From contig NMRA01000181.1 of assembly GCA_002633005.1 (NCBI GenBank), positions 196,959-260,958 of the forward strand: a stretch of 64,000 nt of DNA, given 5' to 3'. Shown piece after piece: positions 27,232 through 36,587 of this stretch (position 1 is its first letter; every line of letters starts with the position of its first letter). The notes beneath the pieces are model-generated. The model did no database searches, was not told where the DNA came from, and worked only from the letters and a program-made list of their open reading frames with translations. The stretch comes from Phoronis australis. Taxonomy: Eukaryota; Animalia; Phoronida. Position numbers and translations under genes: made by a program.

Positions 27232-27792
27232 CGTAATCTATTTTGCCCGTGGTACGCCACGAGCTATGTTGCAGAGTAAAACAAGAGGAGGATTGGGAAT
27301 ATTTGTCATTTATTATGACGTAATAGATAAATTTAACTAAGACTAGGCAAGATGGGCATGCAAAAACTCCCACCGGCGTCTACAATGAATAGCCCTGCAA
27401 GAGGGAACAAAACAAAAGAACTGCCTGAAGGGCTTAAAGGAAAAGTACAGAACATGAACACAAAACTTGAAAAAACCTAACAGGAAATGTATACGAGAAA
27501 AGAGAAAGTGGAACCGCCACCCGGGATGGGGGGTGGAGAAAAATGAAGAGAACGAACGTAGGTCTTGTAGACGACGAGGTAGGTGGCTGAATGAGAGACC
27601 ACGTTGAACAGAAAAAAGGAAATATGGGCGACCAATCAGGAGTCGCGTAGAGAAACGTATGAATACAAAAGTAGGCCCTAGATGCTATAAATAGAGATGA
27701 GTAATGCAAAATAAACCCTAAGGACTGGTCTCAAAATAAAGAGACAAGTGTCAAAATAATGACGATAAATGCATTTAACAAGTTAAATTTAA
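27226..27792. mobile_element. Unclassified insertion of about 560 bp inside the (TA)n tract of unit 4
   Basis: Flanked by (TA)n on both sides and absent from other units. Imperfect IR ATTTATCGTAATCTATTTTG (27226-27245) / CAAAATAATGACGATAAAT (27752-27770). Confidence 0.65.
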
Positions 27793-28665
27793 TATATATA
27801 TATATATATATATATATCTATTAAATTTAACTTGTATATCTGAACATGTGTCATAACAGTAGTTTAATTACATCTCAAATAATATTCGCTGGCAACGACC
27901 TGCAGACAGACCGAAACAAAAGAAAATCCTTTTTGGCTTGGGCTTTAAATACACACTTTGCTCCGGAGATTACAATACAGGAATTTACAAAAAATGTGAA
28001 CTACTAATTAATTTCATTGTAAAATCAATTAAATTGTGTTCTTTCTTAATGTAAACGATTCATATACAATATCAACAAAACAAGGTTCTGGAACGAGGAT
28101 CGACAATTGTAAATTTAAGTTTGCTGTTTTTCTCAAGGACCATCCCATATGTTTGAAAAGCCAGAGCATCGAAACTTTCCGTGCTGGGTTTCCCAGCTTT
28201 TGTTATTAGCTAATGCGTTACAGTACTGAATCAACTCACTATACCGAATTCTAAAAGTGAGAACGATTGTCACAAACGTTTTGAAAATGCATCGTCACCT
28301 CTGTCAACACATACCGAGATAGTGTTCTCGCACAGTCTCTAACCTACAATGGTACCGGTATGTATTCTATGTCACTCATTGGCATACTCACGCATACACG
28401 TTTACTTATGAGAACACACGCACGCAAATACACGCATACGTGGGGATTTTGCTAACTACTGCTGGTGCAAGTGCTCGGCATGCTGCACAAGCCTGTTGTC
28501 GCCTGCGCTCACGACGTCCGTTAATGAAAATATGCTACAATCACTGTGAATGGTGGTAAACTTCCATTTTAATTCCGGTCTTTTAATAAACATAAGTTCG
28601 TGATCAATCTTGCATATACTCAACACGGGTTTCAATATGTCACAACAAACAGTATATAGTTTCAG

Positions 28666-28836
28666 TTAATGGTGGTTGGAGTGTTTGGAGTACCTGGGCA
28701 TCTTGTTCTGCAACATGCGGCAGTGGATCAAGGACGAGGACACGGACTTGTACCAATCCTACACCGTCAGGTGGCGGTAACAACTGTGCAGGAGATGCTA
28801 ACGAAAACGAACAATGCAACACCCAGGCTTGCCCAG
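28666..28836 (+). CDS. TSP1 exon, copy 5
   Basis: Same splice sites, open frame; equals the consensus of copies 2-5. Confidence 0.9.
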
Positions 28837-29780
28837 GTAGGTTTTTATATTCCCGCGTGGAATCCATTCAAAGCATAGTGAACTTCCTGCACGATGCATG
28901 TCACGGTATATATTCTCTGCGTTAAACATCAATCAGTTCAGCAATTCTGACGCCTGTTACGAATCTCTTGCAACTACTATTTTCCAGGTCTTGTAAAATC
29001 TTAAAACCTACTCACATTGAAACCAGTTGTTGAACTTGGTAGAGCATATAGAAATTGGGCAATTGTTTTTTCAGAGTTATGTAGCTGCATCCAATTCAGA
29101 GATGTGAAAACATCCTAGAAAAATAACAGATCTTGTGTTTTAGCTTTAATTGTACGGATCTCATTTTTGCAAAACACTCAAAAGTTTTATTTTGCCTATG
29201 CAGAGTGATAGGTTCTTACAAATATAATTCAAATATCATAGAATTACTTTTTTCTCTCACTAATTGCAGTGAAAATTACTAATTTCAGAACACTTAGACT
29301 CTGATAATGAAGTCTGATTGGTTGCAGTTAATCAATTGTCATGTTCATCCATCGTTTTGTGTAGTCAATAATGTTGCATTAGATTACAGTGTATGTGTAC
29401 CTTGCTTGTAGGTCCCTGTGTAGTATATTCATGTTCCACTCATTTGTATGTTCATTTTCACTTTCATTCCAAAGCAAGGCAAGACAGATATTATGATATA
29501 TTTTACCTCGTGTATGAAACACTTGGCCATTTTGATCAAAATATAAATTATGTCTAGCACTCTTACATGGTATAATACCGGGATACGATTTCTGGGTAGA
29601 AATGTTGTTGATTGGTACATGTAAGTAAAAATTTGTTGATAAGATGAAATTTCTCGACAAATGCCTCTCATCACAACATAATTACATAGGGGGCATTGGT
29701 TCCGTTTGACGTGTGTATTTTAATATATGTATATATATATATATATATATATTAAAATATATTAAAACACATACACACAC

Positions 29781-29822
<42 letters not shown>

Positions 29823-31806
29823 TACCAAAACCATAAAACTAAAGATCTTGTTAAAAACAATATGTGCTCAAAGTCTGTCCGAGTGTTAACCAAAACTGAC
29901 TTGAGTTATCAGTTCAATAGGCCTTTTGCGAGTTTATAGCAATAACGGGAGATTATGTGAGAATTAACTGTGACGTCACGGGAAGTGAGGCAAAAGCTTG
30001 TCGTTTGGTCATTTGCCCAATACGGTAGCATAGTGTATTCTGTTATTGTCTTCGAGTTTTTAGCCGTTTAATTCGAAAAATGTCCGAAAAGCATTGCTGT
30101 TGTGGCAAATGAAATTCAGATTCGTACTACAATACGTTCTATCGCGTTCTGTACTAATTTCGTCCCGTGTATTTTAAACTGGCGGAAGGCGATATCTGCT
30201 CACTGATAAAGTTTTCACCTCGTCAAAATACATTCTACACCTAAAATTACCACCTAAAAGACTCTTACTTTCTTCAGTGACTCTTTCTGCTTCTAAACAT
30301 ATCTTCGATGAAACATATATACGGAAATTCAGGTGACTTTAGCGAAGAATTCCAACTCCACTTTGTGGTTACTGTTAACTTTGTCCGCGCACGCGATAAC
30401 CACAATTACTAAGTATTTCAACTGAGCCAGGAGAGTATGAGGCAAAGGCTAGCGCGAGACTGAGCAAAGTGCGAGATCTGGCGCGTGACCTGGCGCGTGA
30501 CACTTGCAAAATAGCATGAGAAAATATCAAGTGAAATTTGTAAGATTTGTGTCCCTTGGACTTTTTGTTCGTCAACAGGGGTGATTTCACGTAACTTCCT
30601 CAAAATGGCGGCCAGTGAGAGAAACTCGAGAGAACCGCGAGGTTTTCATGGATATGCTCAAGTTATTTGTAGATTAAATTGTGTCCAGAGTCAGGGTATG
30701 TGTTAATTATAACTTCATGTGCACATATGCATGTTTCATTTGATTTTATTTGCTGTATTTTGAAGTGAATATCTTTTTATGGGGATACACTATCGCCCCT
30801 GTATGCCTGCGGCATTCAGGCCTAGAGCGGGTTAAGTTCCAATTTCAGTCCGTTCACAGCTTCGCACAACATAACAAGTTCACATTTTCTTCGTCCATTC
30901 ACAGTTATTCCACGGTCCATTTACCATATCATAAGTTGTTTTAACGTTTTAAGCGTAAAACTCACCATAAGAACTCCAGTAAGTTTTAGCGTGTGTAGCA
31001 AAGACTCGGGACAAAACAAGAGCAATATGGCGGGTTTTGCCCCTTTTCCGGTGACGTCACAGTGACTAACGAGAAACTCGCAAGTGAGCTATTGCCCCCA
31101 CAACGAATGTATTCGTTCAAACACTGATTGCTCAAGGTATGTTGGTTATACAACTTGCACTTTATCTCACCGGTTATCTATGCATTTACAGAATGGATCA
31201 ATTGAAGATCACTTCCAAACACTCCACAAACAGAAAATTTCTCGTTCAGATATTGTTGACCATACCATCGTCAGGTATTTCAAACGTGACTCCTTTCGCT
31301 TGGAAATACTCGAAGCTTTAATAATAAAAACTGAAACTCCTGACATAAATTCCCAAGATAATGGGTTCCATCGTACCTTGTCGTTATATAAGTATTGTCC
31401 ATAAGTTGTAACACCTATGTATTTTATTAAATTTTACAACGTTTCATAGTACATTAGTTTCCATGACAATTCCTTCTGTAATTGCGCTCTTATGTATGCA
31501 ACCTTATATTCGTGTTTAATGTCATTGTTCTTGTTGCATGTATCTTACACGATAGCGTTTATGATTTTTAAATTTATTTGCCTTTGATGACTGATGTATA
31601 GTCGAAGTACCGCTACTGTTTTATTATGAAATGTTTTGTACAGAGTTTTATTATATATTTACTCATATATATGTGTTCGTGATGCCACTTAAACTGGGCG
31701 ATCTACTATATCAACTACCATCCTATGAAAGACACTTGTGTAGACACTACGAAACTTTGTTGTACAAACTAATTAAAGCCAAGAACAGCTTACTTTTCAA
31801 TGAAAC
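29823..31806 (+). mobile_element. 5'-truncated Penelope-like element (Naiad-like), GIY-YIG end plus pseudo-LTR, inserted in (TA)n
   Basis: After removing the nested insertion the frame reads YQNHKTKDLVKNNMCSKSVRVLTKTDLSYQFNCPHNECIRSNTDCSRYVGYTTCTLSHRLSMHLQNGSIEDH..RLEILEALIIKTETPDINSQ (GIY-YIG nuclease). Downstream MPLKLGDLLYQLPSYERHLCRHYETLLYKLIKAKNSLLFNET resembles a PLE ORF start repeated in the pLTR. (TA)n on both sides. Confidence 0.8.
29919..31090 (+). mobile_element. Non-autonomous ISL2EU-like DNA transposon nested in the Penelope element
   Basis: AT TSD (29917-29918, 31091-31092); excision restores TTC AAT TGC (F-N-C). Imperfect TIR AGGCCTTTTGCGAGTTT / AAACTCGCAAGTGAGCT and subterminal ACTGTGACGTCAC IR. 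THAP-like start MSEKHCCCGK*NSDS at 30080. Confidence 0.75.
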
Positions 31807-31819
31807 ACACACACACACA

Positions 31820-31885
<66 letters not shown>

Positions 31886-33588
31886 AGCATGTGTTATAAT
31901 AGTAGTTTAGCAACAGCTCAAGTAAGATTCGCTGACAACGACCTCCAGACAGACCGAAACAAAAGGAAATCATTTTTGGCTTGGCCTTTAAATGCACACT
32001 TTGCTCCGTTGATTACAATATAGGATTTTACATAAAAATATGAGCTACTAATTAATTTCATTGTAACATCAATTAAATTGTGTTCTTTCTCATTGTAAAC
32101 GATTCATTTACAATGTCATAACAAAACAAGGTTCTGGGACGACGATCGACAATTGTAAATTTAAGTTTGCCGTTTTCTTCAAGGACCATCCCATATGTTT
32201 AAAAAGCCAGTGCTTCGAAACTTTCCGTGTTGGGTTTCCCAGCTTTTGTTATTAGTTGATGCGTTACAGTACTTAATAAACTCACTATACCGAATTTTAA
32301 AAGTTAGAACAATTGTCACAAACGTTTTGAAAATGCATCGTCACCTCTGTCAACACATACCGAGATAGTGTTCTCGCACAGTCTCTAACCGACAATGGTG
32401 CCGGTATGTATTCTTTGTCATTGACATACTCACGCATACACGTTTACGTATGAGAACACACGCACGCAAATACACGCATACGTGGGGATTTTGCTAACTA
32501 CTGCTGGTGCAAGTGCTCGGCATGCTGCACAAGCCTGTTGTCGCCTGCGCTCACGACGTCCGTTAATGAAAATATGCTACAATCACTGTGAATGGTGGTA
32601 AACTTCCATTCTAATTCCGGTCTTTTAATCAACATAAGCTCGTGATCAATCTTGCATATACTCAACACGGGTTTCAATATTGCTGCGTGCAAGCCATTCA
32701 AAACACAGTGAATTTCCGGCACGATGCATTTCACGGTACATATTCTCTGCGTTAAACATCAATCAGTTCAGCAATTCTGACGCCTTTTACGAGTCTCTTA
32801 ACAACTACTATTTTTCTTCTAAAACTTCAAAATCTACTCACATTGAAACCATATGTTGAACGTGGTGGTGGAATATAGAAATTGGGTAATTGTTTTTTAA
32901 GAGCTATGTATCTCTATCTAATTCAGAGATGTGAAAAAATCCTGGAAAAGTATCAGATTATGTGTTTTAGCTTTTATTGCACGGATCTTATTTTTGCAAA
33001 ACATTCAAGAGTTTTATTGTGCTTGTGCAAAGTGATAGGTTCAAATATCGTAGAATTGCTTTTTTCTCATCACTAATTGCAGTAGAAAATGCGCATTTTC
33101 TGAACACTTTGACTCTAACATTAAGATAAAATAATAATCTCTGGAACGATGGACAATAAAAAGCGCCACAAGAGTTGTTGAAGACAGCTCATGCCCAAAC
33201 AAAATTAATATACAGGGACTGAGGTAGGCAAAAGGAACAGAGGTCGACCAGAAAGCTACACGAAGGAACAGTGGTTAACAGATACTGAGGTAGATACAAA
33301 ATAAATAAGAAGAAAATGCCTTACATATGAGGGTATAAACCTAATGAAAGAAAAAGGGATGCCGGCAATACTAACACCAGCGTGAGGGGATTGCGGAGGG
33401 ATGTGAGGACTGAAATGATGAGGGATGTGAGGACTGAAATGATGAGGGATGGGAGTGAGGAGAAAAGGTGCAGGCAATACTGACATCGGAAGGAGAGGTC
33501 CAAAGGCAATACTAACACCTGGTGAGGGAAGTGAGGGTGCAGGCAAGAGCGGACAACACGGATGCGAGGATGGGTAGCGGGTGTAGAG

Positions 33589-34539
33589 TTAGTGGGGACG
33601 TTGGGAGAATACGGGCATGCGGATGTACCCCTTAACAGCATCAGATTTCCAGCGTCCCATACGTTGGATGACCAGCTCGGGGACGCCGTTAGAGGCGGCC
33701 GTGGTCGAGGCGCTGATGCGAAAGCTATGAGATTTGAAGCGGTTAGGGTCGAGAGATGCGGAAGCTAAGACAGATCGGAGAGTCTGAGTGAAAAAGGAAC
33801 GAGTGACTGGAGTAAAGTTTGACAGACGGAAAAGGGGGCCCGATATATGGTGGGACAGGTTGAGGTAAGAAGACAGGTGGGAAACGGGACAATGAGGGGA
33901 CTGAGAAGACGGGATGTGGAGAGTAACCGGGGATGAGTCGTGGTGTTTGAAGTTAGTGAAGGTGATGGTGAAGTGGGGTGTGGTGTGAGAGAAAAACTTG
34001 ACGGAGGAGCGTTGAAGGGTGAGTGAATGATCGGATGATAGAGATGGAACGGTGAACTCCCCAATGCGGAGGAAGGCATGGAAGACTAGACGGAACATGG
34101 CCTTAAATAGGGCGATATTGATGGAGGAGTGAATACATTCAGGAACGGAGTCGACGAGGCGAGTGAGAATGTCGTATGTGGAGGGAAGGCGGTGGTCAAA
34201 CGATGGGCGGGACTTGGATACGCCTTTGAGGAGTTTGCGAATGTAGAAGGAGGTCGTGGTGTCATGAAGGGAATCGAGTTTGTGGATGAAGTTAAGAGCT
34301 GAGATGTAGGAATGAATCGTGCTGGAAGTGAAGCCGGACGAAAAGAATTGGGTGATATAGGATGCCAGGGCGGCAACCGATGCCGGGAAGGGGGCTTGAG
34401 AGGGTAGGGAGGAAGAATGGAAGGAGGTGAAGTGGGCGATAACGCGGGAGTATGATTTGATGGTAGACGGTGCAAGTGAAGAAGAAAGGAGGTGATATAG
34501 AACATCCCGAGGGAGGGCCTTGGGGTCTGGTCCGGCCAT
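33589..34539 (-). CDS. Tyrosine recombinase (phage-integrase family) of Ngaro/DIRS element
   Basis: 316-aa uninterrupted ORF with SLAPSTIKSY, FHAFLRIGEF (R), FKHH (K), CPV, SHSFR (HxxR), MGRWKSDAVKGYIR (W, Y). Confidence 0.92.
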   Translation of the reverse strand: MAGPDPKALPRDVLYHLLSSSLAPSTIKSYSRVIAHFTSFHSSSLPSQAPFPASVAALASYITQFFSSGFTSSTIHSYISALNFIHKLDSLHDTTTSFYIRKLLKGVSKSRPSFDHRLPSTYDILTRLVDSVPECIHSSINIALFKAMFRLVFHAFLRIGEFTVPSLSSDHSLTLQRSSVKFFSHTTPHFTITFTNFKHHDSSPVTLHIPSSQSPHCPVSHLSSYLNLSHHISGPLFRLSNFTPVTRSFFTQTLRSVLASASLDPNRFKSHSFRISASTTAASNGVPELVIQRMGRWKSDAVKGYIRMPVFSQRPH

Positions 34540-34658
34540 GGAGGCGTGGAGAAGGCGTCCTGAAATTAAAAATGAGAGGGGCGGTGTGAACGAAAGGTTT
34601 AGACGGGGCCGCAGGGGGTACCTAACCGTGGAGGAAAGATTTAAAATCGTCTACCCTT

Positions 34659-36587
34659 TTAAGTGATATATATTTACTGAAGGATACACAGAACATACAA
34701 AGAAATAATAACTAACCCAGAAACCGCGAAGCATTATATCTGGGTTGTAAACAATTCATAAATGAAATTTATATACATAGAGGTATATACAATTAAGTAG
34801 TATCTAAAATAAGTATTCCAATACTTAGATATGCTATTACAGATATATAAAAACAAAAATATGTACAGATTCATGTAGGGAAATCAGATGCAACAATATT
34901 GATAAACGGTACATAAAAATTTGCTAACATTGCTTAGGAGGAATTCGTTGAGAACGAAGTCAAGGTTAGGACTACCATTCAGTAATAATGTAACTCTAGT
35001 AGGGATATTATTACAAGAATTGAGAGCGTTAACAATTGATTGGTTATCATTGAGTGCACGAAAGAGTGAGTCTCTCAGGGATTCGATGAGGGGACATTTG
35101 AAGAAAATATGAGGATAAGATTGATGGTCACCACATTTACAGTTTGGAGAGACATTACTAAAGTTGTGCCTGAACTTGTCATAGTTGAGGAAAAGGCCAC
35201 ATCTTGATCTGTACAATGCTATTTCGTTATCGCGGGTAAGGGAGAATTGATTCAAGGGTGTTGAGTTATCAAAATTATGAAAAACAGTTCTAAAATTATT
35301 TTTATACTCGTAAAAGAGTTGCTTTCCTTAAAAGAGACTGGAAGAGAATTCCAGTTGTTGGTGCACATCATGACTGTAGACCTTCTGAATGCCTGACTGA
35401 ACGACGGAGGAATTGCATATGGGGTGGAGGATCTCAAATCACTACGATGGCCTTGTCTAGTATATAGATCAAATATTTTTTTGACAGACACGTTGTTGAC
35501 ATTGTTTATTACCTTGAAAGTAAATGTGGTCATGTGAAGATTGCGTCGAGTAGACAATTTGGGCCACTTGAGACTATTCAAAACCTTAACACTATTGGAT
35601 CCCCTGTAAGCTCTGGTAATGAGTAAGGCGGCTTGATATTGTAACTTCTCCAAATGTTGGAGTGCAACCGTATTGGCAGACTGATATATATTATCACAAT
35701 AATCAATGTGTGGAAGTACAAAGGATTTGAACAAAACTTCTAAATGTGTAGAATTCAGATGACGAAAGACAAGCTTAAATGGGTTAATTAGTTCCTGAGT
35801 TTTTTGTACGAGCTCCCGAACGTGAGGGGTGAATGAGAGTTTTTCATCTAACAGCATACCCAGATGTCTGTGCGACTGTTTTCTAGGAATGATTTCATCA
35901 TTAAGTTTAAGGTCATAAGACGGGTCAACAAGGAAGAGAGCATTAATAGATTTGGAGAAGGTGAGGTCAACGCGTTTTTCTGGTTTAAAATTCATTCTCC
36001 ATTCTTGTGACCAATAGCTTAGTTTATTTAAGTCTTGTTGAAGCTGCAAAGAACATTCAGGGCTGCTCCCTACGAAGGGGTAAAAAAGCGCCGTGTCATC
36101 TGCATAAAGGTATGTGCTACATGACAGGTTATCAGGAAGGTCATTAATATAAACCAAGAAGAGAAGAGGGCCCAAAACGCTACCCTGCGGTACACCTGCG
36201 TTTACAAATCCAGGAGGGGATAAAGTTGAAAGTACGCCGTCGACACGAACCCTGTATGTTCTTTCGGAGAGATATGAGGTGATCATGTTTAAAAGATTAC
36301 CAGTAATGCCATAGGATCGAAGTTTGTGAAGTAGAAGGTCGTGAGGGACACAGTCGAAAGCAGAAGATATATCTAGAAAAATGGACCTGACACTCTCGCC
36401 CTTCTCAAAATGTAAATGAATCTCATGTACTATTTCAACAAGTTGTGCCACGGTGCTGTTCCCACGCAAAAAACCAAATTGACGATGATAGATCAAGATG
36501 TTTTGTTTGAAAAATGTAAGAATACTTTGAGCAATTATCTTCTCGAAGATTTTGGACAGGGTGTTAAGTAATGTTAAGTAATGTTAT
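34659..36587 (-). mobile_element. 5'-truncated CR1/L2-group LINE inserted in the Ngaro element
   Basis: 10-bp TSD GTCTACCCTT at 34649-34658 and 36588-36597. RT ORF 35252..36496 continues by frameshift into 34884..35255 (CKCGDHQSYPHIFFKCP). 3' UTR stem-loop AACCCAGA..TCTGGGTT near 34714-34746. Confidence 0.9.
35252..36496 (-). pseudogene. LINE reverse transcriptase (partial)
   Basis: QFGFLRG, FLDISSAFDCV, GVPQGSVLGPLLFLVYINDL, YADD, RHLG motifs. Confidence 0.92.

Larger units (their letters stand above)
19890..33116 (+). repeat. Tandem array of about 1.9-kb exon+intron units (5 with TSP1 exon, 6th partial and exon-less)
   Basis: Near-identical intron text recurs. Exon starts at 20229, 22160, 24056, 26147, 28666 (spacings 1931, 1896, 2091, 2519); longer spacings are explained by insertions. 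Each complete unit has a (TA)n tract. Confidence 0.95.

Noticed and set aside
20023-28878. Repeated ORFs [17 protein letters not shown].. (-) and [12 protein letters not shown].. (+)
   Set aside because: Antisense and off-frame shadows of the TSP1 exons; the spliced frame has the domain motifs.
19890-33116. CRISPR-like or prokaryotic repeat system
   Set aside because: Units are kb-scale with GT-AG exons; no short repeat-spacer pattern, no cas genes, eukaryotic context.
33589-34539. Phage integrase / horizontal transfer
   Set aside because: Adjacent gag-like zinc knuckle and HSFR..GRWKS motif fit a DIRS/Ngaro retroelement.
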